DNA from: Lentisphaeria bacterium
GTDB taxonomy: Bacteria > Verrucomicrobiota > Lentisphaeria > Victivallales > Victivallaceae
Reading direction: 5' to 3'
NCBI GenBank assembly: GCA_022009855.1
Contig: CP091727.1
Span: 3,006,145 to 3,070,144, forward strand
Length of the DNA stretch: 64,000 nt
The position numbers were made by a program, and so were the translations under genes. Below, in pieces: positions 20,927 through 30,326 of the stretch. Position 1 is the first letter of the stretch. The number at the start of each line of letters is the position of its first letter. Under the pieces are notes generated by a model that saw nothing but the letters and a program-made list of their open reading frames with translations, was not told the origin of the DNA and made no database searches.

Positions 20927-21958
20927 TTATTTCTTCCATTCGGTGTAGCCGGAAACGGCGAGAACCGTCTTCTGGACCAGGTGCTCGTGCTCCAGCGTGT
21001 AGGGGTTCTGCTTCTCTCCCCGGAGATAGGCTGCGAAATCCTCCAGCTGGTCGATGTAGCGGTCGCGCATCGGGCCGAAGGTGAGCATGTGCTCGCCCGC
21101 GGCGAAGGATTCATTCCCCTCCTTGAGGAAGAATCGCGCCGAGAGCGGCGTGTCGTTGAACTTCGGGTAGGCGACGTAGCCCTGTTCGAGCGGGCAGAGT
21201 TCGAAGGTCGCGTTGGTGCCGCTGACGAAGAGGCGGCGGGAACGCTGGCCGTCCGCCTGCTGCAGCGCGGTCTGGATCGTGGCGATCGTCTTCGGATAGA
21301 GCAATACCGCGTGGCCGTTGTCGTTGAGGCCGTCCGCATCGAGCTGCTGCTGGAAGGAGACGATCCGGTCCGGCGCGCCGAGCATCGAGATGAGGATGTC
21401 GACCAGGTGCGAGCCGAAGTCGAAGATGCCGCCGCCCCGGTAGGTGGAGAGCCACTGGCGGAACGGCTGACTGTCCCGTCCCCGGCTCATCGAGGTGTAG
21501 ACTTCGAAGATCTGCCCGAACCACCCTTTGCGGGCGGCATCGATGCAGAACTGGATCGCCGGATTGCCGCGGAACATGTAGGCCATCTGCAGAATGACGT
21601 GATTTTTCCGGCAGAGGTCGAGCAGTTTGTCGAACTCCTCGAGGTTCTCGCCGCCGGGTTTATCCATGTGCATGTGGATGCCGCGTTCGGCGCAGCGCAT
21701 GGCGGTCGGCACAAGTTCGGTCATCTCGGTCTCCACCGCGACGGCGTCGAGGCCGGGATAATTGAGAATTTCTTCCTGCGACATCCAGCGCAGCCCCTCG
21801 TAGCAGGCGCGTTTTCCGAAGGTTTCCCGGTCGACGGGGGATTCGGCGCAGACGCCGACGATTTCGAACTCCTCCGGCATGGTGCGCATCGTCGCCATCT
21901 TGCCTTCGGCGTGCTCGTGGCGGACGCCGATCTGAGCGATTCGGATTCTTTTTTTCAT
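20927..21958 (-). CDS. Gfo/Idh/MocA family oxidoreductase (tandem paralog)
   Basis: IAQIGVRHEHA, HMDKP, GGGIFDFGSH. Confidence 0.9.
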   Translation of the reverse strand: MKKRIRIAQIGVRHEHAEGKMATMRTMPEEFEIVGVCAESPVDRETFGKRACYEGLRWMSQEEILNYPGLDAVAVETEMTELVPTAMRCAERGIHMHMDKPGGENLEEFDKLLDLCRKNHVILQMAYMFRGNPAIQFCIDAARKGWFGQIFEVYTSMSRGRDSQPFRQWLSTYRGGGIFDFGSHLVDILISMLGAPDRIVSFQQQLDADGLNDNGHAVLLYPKTIATIQTALQQADGQRSRRLFVSGTNATFELCPLEQGYVAYPKFNDTPLSARFFLKEGNESFAAGEHMLTFGPMRDRYIDQLEDFAAYLRGEKQNPYTLEHEHLVQKTVLAVSGYTEWKK

Positions 21959-21989
21959 CAGTAACTTCCCTGAAACTTAATGCAACACG

Positions 21990-22988
21990 TTACGCCAGAG
22001 TCGTCCAGTCGAAGACGATTCCCATCGGCGGATTCTTCTCTTCCGCGAGCATCCGGTAGATTTCGTGCGCCTTCTGCGGGGAGACGATCTCCGAAATGAT
22101 CGGACTGGCCTTGATCTTGCCGTTGGCGACCAGTTTCAGAAAGGCGCGGTAATCATCCTGCTCGGTCCAGTGGTACGGGGCGGATTCCAGCTTTGCCCGG
22201 CTGCGGGTGTGCGCGCCGAAGAGCTGGACGCCGCGCCCGTGCACGTATTTGTAGAAGTCGATCGGCACGTCGGAAACCCGGGTGCAGCCGAGCAGGGCAA
22301 TCCGCCCCTCCCAGGCGACGTACTCCAGCGCCTGCTGGAGCGCGGCGGCGCTGCCGGTGACTTCGACGATCGCCCGGACCCCTTCGCCGCCGGTGATCTC
22401 GCGGATCTGGTCGAGGTAGTCCTTGTCGCCGGGGTTGAGCGCGTAGTCCGCGCCGAGCTTCATCGCCAGCGCGCGCCGTTCGGGCGAGAAGTCGGAGACG
22501 ATCATCGGCACCGCACCGCAGAGCAGGGCAACCTGCAGCGCGAACACGCCGAGAATGCCCTGACCGGCGACCATGGCGCTTTCGCCGATTTCGAGATGGA
22601 GCTTGCGCACGCCGTTGAAGGAGAACGAGGCGATGTGGGCGAATGCGGCGTCGAGCATGCTCACCTTCTCCGGAATGCGGACCAGATTCTCATCTTTGAC
22701 CGAATAGAGCTGGTGTCCCGCCCAGTTGACCACCACCCGGTCGCCGACTTTGACTTTGCTGACCGCGTCGCCGACCTGAACCACTTCCCCCGCGCCGCAG
22801 TAGCCCGTCATGTAGGGGAAGGTGGGGTGGGCGTTCGGCATATCCATCGACCAGGCGCGTTCGGTGCCCGCGCTGACCACGGTGTAGAAGTTACGGATCA
22901 GCACCTGATCCGGCTTGAGTTCTGGAGTTTCCGTCTCCTTGAGCGTCGCGTTGCTGACCGACTCCATGATGATCTGATAGTTCTTCAT
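21990..22988 (-). CDS. MDR-family (zinc-binding dehydrogenase-like) oxidoreductase
   Basis: VSAGTE, GYCGAG, GQGILG, VEVTG. Confidence 0.88.
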   Translation of the reverse strand: MKNYQIIMESVSNATLKETETPELKPDQVLIRNFYTVVSAGTERAWSMDMPNAHPTFPYMTGYCGAGEVVQVGDAVSKVKVGDRVVVNWAGHQLYSVKDENLVRIPEKVSMLDAAFAHIASFSFNGVRKLHLEIGESAMVAGQGILGVFALQVALLCGAVPMIVSDFSPERRALAMKLGADYALNPGDKDYLDQIREITGGEGVRAIVEVTGSAAALQQALEYVAWEGRIALLGCTRVSDVPIDFYKYVHGRGVQLFGAHTRSRAKLESAPYHWTEQDDYRAFLKLVANGKIKASPIISEIVSPQKAHEIYRMLAEEKNPPMGIVFDWTTLA

Positions 22989-23006
22989 CGCATGTTCTCC
23001 TGGGTG

Positions 23007-24398
23007 GAGCCAATTTCAAAAAGATTGGCTTTTTCTTGTAAATAACTCTTTTTCTCATGTGCCAAGCCCATCTTGACACATCCAGTACGACTTTTTTCAA
23101 AAAAGCCGTAAAAATCGATTTTTTTGTGAGAACCTCCTTTCCCGTTGCCACAGGAGTTGCATTTTTTCAATTTTTAATCGGACTTAAATCAATCTATTCA
23201 AGCATGTTGAACAGTTGCTTCACCGTAATGGCGATTACGCCGAACATCAGATGACACAGGACTTTCCAATGCCCTTTCACCCTGACATGACGTGCGCCAT
23301 AGTTGTCTTTCAAATCCGAATTTACCCGCTCAACCGTTGAACGCTCCCGATAACGAATCTTTCGGGCAGGAGGCAATTCAACCGTTCCTCCCCGCCGTGG
23401 ATTGGGATCAATAACCGGAATATGTCCCATCTTTTTCGAAACAGCCTTGATTTCTTCCGCGTCATAGGCGCAATCCGCTAAATCATACAGAATTTTTGCT
23501 CGTGCCGAAGACATCTGTATCAAAGGGATTGCCGCTTGACTGTCGTGCAATGAGGCTGAACTTAAAATCGCAGCTAGTGGAACTTCCCCGTCCCCAACCG
23601 CAAGATGGAGTTTGTAGCCGCACCAATAGGACGTTTTACCTTTGCTGTCGCGTTTACCGCCCCAGTCGCAACCTTGCGGGAGATCGGCAAGATTCTCCGG
23701 TAGTGTTTGATGCACTTGCAATTCAAGCCGCCGGGTTTTGATCTCTGCGATTTCCTGTTTGGACAACGCCGCTTTCTCCGCTATACTTTTTCGCCCGCGT
23801 TTCTTCTTGAGCTTGAGCTTCGGCTTGTTTTTTGCGGCAAGCTTTTTCGCGACCGATGATTGCGGTTGAATCAAGGCTTGCGTGTCCCACCAATTTGTCG
23901 GTATAATTTTCCCGAACAACTGCCGCATGGATTGCATTGCAGACTTTCTCCCGGGAAAAATTCCGAACGCTCTTGAAAATGTCGCTTCGGAGGGGACTTC
24001 TCCTCGATATTCCCAACCGCAAAGCCTGCGTAAACTCGGATTTGTTTTCAAATTTTCAATCAACCCCTTCGTCGTCGGAAAGTCATAGACCGCTTTCAAG
24101 AAAAATGCCCGAAGCATTTTCTCCCGGTCTTTCATCGGCCGTCCCAATCCCGCTCCAGCGTAGCGTGCTGGTGATGAATCGTGACGGCTTAATCATTTCA
24201 ACAATTCGCAAAAACTCCTTCATTTTTGCGGTTAATTCGCACAATTCTTCTTCCAGCAGTGGAAAAAGATATGTTTCCATTGTAAAGTAAAGCTTCGGCA
24301 GATCGTTCATTTTTCCTCCAGGTTTGCTACCCCTAAGTTAAAATGAACCTTCTGCCTCTTTTTCATCCCCCAAAATTAAAAACTTTTGAAATTACCTC
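23007..24398 (-). mobile_element. IS5/IS1182-like (DDE_Tnp_1-type) insertion sequence, 1392 bp
   Basis: Terminal IRs GAGCCAATTTCAAAA / GAGGTAATTTCAAAA; 5-bp TSD GGGTG at 23002-23006 and 24399-24403. Confidence 0.9.
23194..24310 (-). CDS. DDE transposase (frameshifted)
   Basis: LRRLCGW..PSEATFSRAF, LDSTAI, GYKLHL, HDS, DCAYDA, RSTVERVNS. Confidence 0.88.
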
Positions 24399-24412
24399 GG
24401 GTGGATTGGTTT

Positions 24413-25157
24413 TCAAGGCTGGAGCAGCAGCCGGCCGCCGTCGATCACGTGGGAGGAACCGGTGATGAAGGCCGCCTTGTCCGAGCAGAGATAGAGGATG
24501 AAATCGACCAGTTCGATCGGTTCCGCCGCCCGGCCGAGCAGGGTTTTCATGTTTGCCATGCCGGGGCGGGTCAGCACCGGTCCCGGGATTACGCAGCAGG
24601 CACGGACGTTGTACGGAGCGCCCAGGATCGCCAGCGATTTGGTCATTCCCTTCATGGCGCTCTTCTCCGCCGAGTAGTCGAGCGAGGGGCCGTTGCCGCC
24701 CTGTTCACCGGTCACGGAGCCGAAGTTGATGATGACGCCGCGGCGGCGCTCCATCATGCCGCCGAGAATGGCGCGGCAGCAGTAGATGGCGCCGCGCAGA
24801 TTGACGTCGAGCCCCCAGTCGATCACTTCGATCGGGAGTTTTTCAAAGCTGGCGTAGTTGTTGCAGCAGCGCCCGGACATGCCGCCGGCACAGTTGAGCA
24901 GAATGTCCACCGACCCGAAGGTCTCGACCGCCTTCTTCTCCGCCTGTTCCACTTCGGGATACTTGCGGATGTCCACCACCAGCGGCAGGACGTTGCCGCC
25001 TGCGGCGCGGATTCCCTCCGCCGCCTTTTCCAGCGCCGCCTGATTGACGTCGCACAGCACGACGTTTGCGCCCGCTTCCGCCAGCTTCTGCCCGGAGAGC
25101 AGGCCCATGCCGGGAGGCGCCTCCGGTGATGAATGCGGTTCTTCCTGTGAATTCCAT
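24413..25157 (-). CDS. SDR family oxidoreductase (one frameshift)
   Basis: AFITGGASG, DILLNCAG, YSAEK, ITGSSHVIDGG. Confidence 0.9.
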
Positions 25158-25360
25158 ATTTCGATCTCCTTCGCGTTGCCGTTCGCGCCGCCGCCTCTCG
25201 CGGCGGTATGTTTTCTGCCCTGGAATATAGTATATTCGGTTTTCAGCTCCGGAACAACCGCCCTTTTGACTTCTTTCTGAAAAAAATTGCGCAAACAGCG
25301 ATTTGTTTTCACAAAAATCGTGTTATATTGTAAATGAATCATAAAAAAGGAAAATACGGT

Positions 25361-26323
25361 ATGAAAATTCAGGAAATCGCCCGGCTGGCGGGGGTTTCGA
25401 CCGCCACAGTCTCCCGGGTGTTCAGTCACCATCCGAGCATCCGGCCGGAGGTGAGGGAGCATGTGTTCGCCGTCGCCCGCCAGTACGGATACCACCCGCG
25501 CCTCTCGACCCGGCAGCGGAATGTGGTGATCATCACGCCGTACAATTCGGTCTATCCGGTGCAGAGCTGTGTGGATATGATTCTGATGGCGCTGACGCAG
25601 GAGCTGCCGAAACGGGGGTTCCGGCTGGAGATTCTGCCGGTCAACAACCGCGAACGGCTCGACAGCATCCAGTTCTGCGCGGCGGTGGCGATCGGGGGCG
25701 GAACCGGCGGAGTTCGCCGACTGGGGGGCGCGGTTCCCGGTGCCGCTGGTCATCGTGGACCGCGAGGGGAGAGCGGCGCCTCCGACATTCATTTCGTTCA
25801 TTCGGATGAGGAGCAGGGGATGCGGATTGCGGTGGATCACCTGTTCCGCAGCGGCTGCCGCCGGATCGGCTGCATCGTCCACGGCTCCCCCGGCACCGGC
25901 AACACCGACCGGCGCTGCGCGGCAATCCGCCGGGCGCTGGAGGAGCGGAGTCTCCCCGCCGGGGATTCCCTGCTCCTCTGTTCCGGACCGGGGTCGGAAA
26001 CCTATGTCGAGCTGATCGGCAAGCTGCTTCGGCAGGGGGTGGACGCCCTCTTCTGCCCGGGCGGAAATGCCGGAATCGTCTCGCTCTACGCCTTCTCGCT
26101 CTACAACCGCCGGGTGCCGGACGACATCTCGCTGATCGCGTCGGAACAGACCTTTTTCTCGCGTTACGCGGTGCCGCCGCAGACCACCATCACCCCGGAT
26201 TATCCGGCGATGGCGTCGGCGACAGTCGATATTATCGAAGCACGGCTCGACGGACAGATGGCGCCGCCGTCGGTGGTGCTTCCCTACAGTCTGCTTTCGC
26301 GCGAAAGCGTTGCCGTCCGCTGA
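25361..26323 (+). CDS. LacI family transcriptional regulator
   Basis: IQEIARLAGVSTATVSRV; VPDDISL; divergent from the oxidoreductase operon. Confidence 0.9.
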   Translation: MKIQEIARLAGVSTATVSRVFSHHPSIRPEVREHVFAVARQYGYHPRLSTRQRNVVIITPYNSVYPVQSCVDMILMALTQELPKRGFRLEILPVNNRERLDSIQFCAAVAIGGGTGGVRRLGGAVPGAAGHRGPRGESGASDIHFVHSDEEQGMRIAVDHLFRSGCRRIGCIVHGSPGTGNTDRRCAAIRRALEERSLPAGDSLLLCSGPGSETYVELIGKLLRQGVDALFCPGGNAGIVSLYAFSLYNRRVPDDISLIASEQTFFSRYAVPPQTTITPDYPAMASATVDIIEARLDGQMAPPSVVLPYSLLSRESVAVR

Positions 26324-26333
26324 AAACAGCGCT

Positions 26334-27623
26334 TCAGAGCGGCCTGACAATCCAGCCGCCCGACGGCAGCGCCGCCTGTTCGCCCGCTCCCGGAGCGGAG
26401 AACTTCGTTTCCGCAGGGGCATCGCTCAAATTGACCGCGACGAGAAGCGTCTCCTCTGACGTGCGGCGGAGGTAGGAGAGCACCTGTTTCGGGGTGCTGT
26501 TGTCGACTTTGACCACTTCGCCGCTCTGCAGGGCGTGGCTGCCGCGGCGCAGTTCGACCAGTTTGCGGATCAGCCGCATCCGGCCTTCGCCCGCCGGAGT
26601 GAGACCGCGCGCCCAGTCCACCACCAGATTTTTTCCGGTGAAGCGGTTGCTGAAGAGCGAGTGCCGTCTGCCGTCGGCCACCTCCTGCCCGTTGTAGAGG
26701 AAGGGTACGCCGTTCATGGTGAAGAGCACGGCGAGCGCGGCATCGACCATGGCGTTCCTGCCGTTCCGTTCCGGACGGGCGTCGTAGTTGTCGCTGGCGA
26801 TGTCGTGGTTGTCGAAACAGCGCAGGAAGCAAAGTCCCGGTTCACGGTAGAGCGGGTGTTCCTCCCACATCGTCCAGAACTCTTCGGCGGTTTTCTCCCC
26901 TTTCAGAATGTCGTTGAGGAGAAAACTGAAGGCGAAGGAGTAGTTGGCGTCGAATGCGGACTTCTGGTCCGCGGTCGGGGCACTTTCGCTTTCCGCCAGC
27001 AGGAGGGGGGTGGCTTTCCAGCGCTCCATGCGGCGGCGACCCTCCTCCCAGAAGTCGAGCGGAACCGCACCGCTCACGTCGCAGCGGTAGCCGTCGACGT
27101 CGAATTCGCGGAGGAAGTACTCCATATTGCTCCAGAGGTACTCCCGAAGCTCCGGATTGTCGAAGTTCAGCTGCGGAAAGTGCCATCTGCCGTTGACCGG
27201 ATTGCCGTTTTCATCGCGTTTCACGAAATCCGGATGCTCTTCCAGACAGCGTGCGGCGGGGCCGCAGTGAAAATAGACCAGGTCGAGCAGCACCAGGAGT
27301 TTCAACTTGTGGGCGGTGCTGACGAAACTGCGCAGATCCTCATCGGCGCCGTACTCCGGATCGACGGCGAAGTAGTCGCTGATCCGGTAAGGATTTTTCG
27401 GATTCTCCATGCCGGACTGCCGCTGACGTTCGCTCCAGAACTCCCGCCGTTCATCCCCGTCGGCCAGCACGACCGGGCAGAGGTAGACCACGTCGACGCC
27501 GAGAGAGGCGATGTGCGGCAGCAGCTGTTCCGCCGCGGCCAACGTGCCGTCAAGCGTGAAGCTGCGCAGAAAAATTTGATAGACAACACTTCCCTTTGAC
27601 AGTCGATTTTTTTGCCCATCCAT
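26334..27623 (-). CDS. GH13 alpha-amylase family glycoside hydrolase
   Basis: DLVYFH, VDGYRCDV, LLAE, FDNHD, PFLYNGQE. Confidence 0.9.
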   Translation of the reverse strand: MDGQKNRLSKGSVVYQIFLRSFTLDGTLAAAEQLLPHIASLGVDVVYLCPVVLADGDERREFWSERQRQSGMENPKNPYRISDYFAVDPEYGADEDLRSFVSTAHKLKLLVLLDLVYFHCGPAARCLEEHPDFVKRDENGNPVNGRWHFPQLNFDNPELREYLWSNMEYFLREFDVDGYRCDVSGAVPLDFWEEGRRRMERWKATPLLLAESESAPTADQKSAFDANYSFAFSFLLNDILKGEKTAEEFWTMWEEHPLYREPGLCFLRCFDNHDIASDNYDARPERNGRNAMVDAALAVLFTMNGVPFLYNGQEVADGRRHSLFSNRFTGKNLVVDWARGLTPAGEGRMRLIRKLVELRRGSHALQSGEVVKVDNSTPKQVLSYLRRTSEETLLVAVNLSDAPAETKFSAPGAGEQAALPSGGWIVRPL

Positions 27624-27725
27624 GAAAACTTCTCCTTGTATTGAGCTTGATCTGCCTTATATTATACTGGAATTCACTGTTTCCGGCAATGGCCGGAGTG
27701 ACGATTTTTTAACCGATGTGATGAA

Positions 27726-28582
27726 ATGACCGATTGGGAAAACCGGGCGAGAACCATTCCGAATCCCGAGAACTATTTCCGGGGGCGCTCCATCTCCGTC
27801 GGATTCCGGCTGCCGGGGGAGCATCCTGCTCTATTTTCACGACTATCCGCATGAGAAGACCATTATCAGCACCCGTTATATGCTGATTCTGCCGACGGTG
27901 CCGCTGGAGTATCAGGTGGCGGGGTCCCCGGTCCCGCTGGCACCGGGGAGGCGCTGCTGGTGCACCCTTTTCTGCAGCGGAGCGTGCCGGAGCGGAGTCG
28001 CCGCTGTGACCGGCTGATCGTCTCCCTTTGAGGCGGAGGGGGATGAGGATTACTTGCCGCCCGATCCGGTGATGCAGCTGACGGAAACCGCTTCGCTCCA
28101 TGTCAGCCACCTGGTCGACCGCTACCTTGCCGAAGATACGCTGGGGGCGCTCTTTGAACTGGTCCTTCTGCTGCGGGGAGCTGGGGCGCTCTCCGGCCGG
28201 CCGGAAACTGCCGTCGCTCTCGCCGCCGGTGAGCCGGGTGCTCCACCGGATCAATCAGGAGCCGGTCCAGCCGGTTTCCATCAAGGAGCTGGCGGACTTC
28301 TCCGGACTCTCCGCCAGCCATCTGCGCTGGCTTTTCCGGCAGGAGATGGGGATCTCCCTCGGCGAATATCTCACGAAACAGCGGCTCACCGGGGCGCGGC
28401 GACTGCTGGAGGAGAGTTCCCTGCCGGTCGGGGAGATCGCACGGCGGTGCGGATACGGTTCGATCTACGCCTTCAGCCGCTTCTTCCGCCGGGAGGCGGG
28501 GATGTCGCCCCGCGCCTACCGGCTCTCGGAACGGCGGAGCCGCCGTTCCGCTTCCGGTTCGGAGGCAAGCCGGCTCCAGTAG
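27726..28582 (+). CDS. AraC family regulator (frameshifted)
   Basis: SIKELADFSGLSASHLRWLF...EIARRCGYGSIYAFSRFFRREAGMSP. Confidence 0.82.
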
Positions 28583-29544
28583 CTTTCGGCGTGTTCCCGG
28601 ATCGCGAAGTCGAGAAACTCCCGGAATTCATTCCAGGTGGCGAGATAGGAGATCTTCGCTCGCACCGGGCCAGGGAAGCCGCGTCCCCGGAAGTAGTCAT
28701 GCAGTACTTTGCGTGCCATACACATCGCGCTCGTTTCGCCGTAGAGCTCGACCATTCCGGCGATGTGCCGCTCCACCAGAATTCGCCACTCTTCGAGTGT
28801 CGGCGGCGTGTAGGCCTCCGCTTCGGCAATTTCGCGGAAGAGCCACGGATTGCCCATCGCGCCGCGCGCGAGCATCACCGCGTCACAGCCGGTTTCGCGC
28901 CGGATCTCCCGGTATTTTTCCAGCGACGTCACGCCGCCGTTGGCGATGATCTGCAATTCCGGCAGCGCCTCGCGCACCGTCCGGATGATGTCGAAGGCGA
29001 CCGGTCCGGCGTAGAACGCCTCCCGGATTCTGCCGTGGATGGTGACCGCCCGCGCTCCCAGCGCCGCGAGGCCGCGGACCAGTTCGAGCGTCGGCGCCGG
29101 ATCGTCGAGGGTGACGATCCGGATCTTCGCCGTGACCGGGTGGCGCGACCGTTCGGCGAGGATCCGGAAACAGGCGAGCGCCTGCTCCCGGTGGCGGCCG
29201 AGTTCCGCTCCGGCGCCCTTCTTCACCACCTTCGGCACCGGACAGCCGAGGTTGAAATCCAGCAGCGAGAAGTCATACTCATTGAGCACATCCACCGCCT
29301 TCTTCAGAAATTCATGGTCGGCGCCCACCAGCTGGACGCCGAGAAACTCCTCCTCCTCTCCGCGCAGAAGCATCCCTTCGGAACGTTTTCGGGCGTAGGC
29401 GAGCGAGGCGGCGTCCACCATTTCGGTGAAGGCAAAGCGGCAGCCGCACTCCCGCGCCGCGCGGCGGTAGGGCAAATCGGTGTAGCCGGAGAGCGGCGCG
29501 AGAATCAACGCATCCGGCGGGTAAGGGGCGGAAATGTGGCTCAT
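28516..29544 (-). CDS. tRNA-dihydrouridine synthase (DusB-like)
   Basis: LAPLSGYTDLPYR, FNLGCP, IHGR, ANGGV, ARGAMGNPWLF. Confidence 0.9.
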   Translation of the reverse strand: MSHISAPYPPDALILAPLSGYTDLPYRRAARECGCRFAFTEMVDAASLAYARKRSEGMLLRGEEEEFLGVQLVGADHEFLKKAVDVLNEYDFSLLDFNLGCPVPKVVKKGAGAELGRHREQALACFRILAERSRHPVTAKIRIVTLDDPAPTLELVRGLAALGARAVTIHGRIREAFYAGPVAFDIIRTVREALPELQIIANGGVTSLEKYREIRRETGCDAVMLARGAMGNPWLFREIAEAEAYTPPTLEEWRILVERHIAGMVELYGETSAMCMARKVLHDYFRGRGFPGPVRAKISYLATWNEFREFLDFAIREHAESYWSRLASEPEAERRLRRSESR

Positions 29545-30283
29545 TGGTTGCGTTCCATCTCGCGCTGGAGCCGTCGGAGCGCCTGATTCTGGATCTGGCG
29601 CACCCGTTCGTTGGTGCAGTGGAGCATCGCTCCGACCTCATCGAGGGTGCGGACCGGTTCGCCATCCAGCCCGAACCGATACTGAATCACCTTCCGTTCC
29701 CGCTCGGAGAGGGTGCCGAGCAGCGCGAGCAGTTGTTCGATATCCTCCAGCCGGACCATCTCCTGATCCGGAGCGGGCGAGGCGTCGTCGGTGACAAAGT
29801 TGATGAACTCCCCCCCCTCCGGATCGGCGTCCGACACCGGCGCGTTGAGCGACTGGACGTCGGCGGTACTGTTCCGCCGGAGCCGGGTCACGGTCAGCAG
29901 CGGCAGATTCGCCTTGCGCGCCACCTCTTCATCGGTGGGGTCGCGCTCGAGCGATTCGGTCAGGGATTTCACCGCCCGCCGGATCTTGCGCAGATTCATC
30001 TGGGTACCGATCGGCACCCGGATCGTCCGGGTCTGCTCGGCGAGCGCCTGGCGGATCGCCTGTTTGATCCACCACGCGCTGTAGGTGCTGAAGCGCGCCC
30101 CCTTCGCCGGATCGTACCGGCGGGCGGCGGTCATCAGTCCACGGTTGCCCTCCGAGACCAGATCGTCCCACGAGAGTCCGCGGCCGATAAAGTCGTTGGC
30201 GATCTTCAGCACCAGCCGCAGATTCTCCTCAATGAGGGCGTTGACCTCCGCCTCACTGCGCGGTTTGTTTTTTCCTGTTCCAT
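29541..30283 (-). CDS. Sigma-70 family factor (RpoD/RpoS-like regions 2-4; frameshift near N-terminus)
   Basis: NLRLV, DLVSEGNRGL, FSTYSAWWIKQAI, RTIRVP, TLDEVG...ERVRQI. Confidence 0.9.
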
Positions 30284-30326
30284 TCGGGGTACCCTCTCCT
30301 CTGCCGCCGAACGGGGGAAACTCCGG

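Noticed and set aside
24413..26422. 669-aa ORF and other long antisense ORFs (e.g. 30664-32865, 28054-29586)
   Set aside because: Shadow frames of GC-rich genes; only the SDR portion has recognisable motifs
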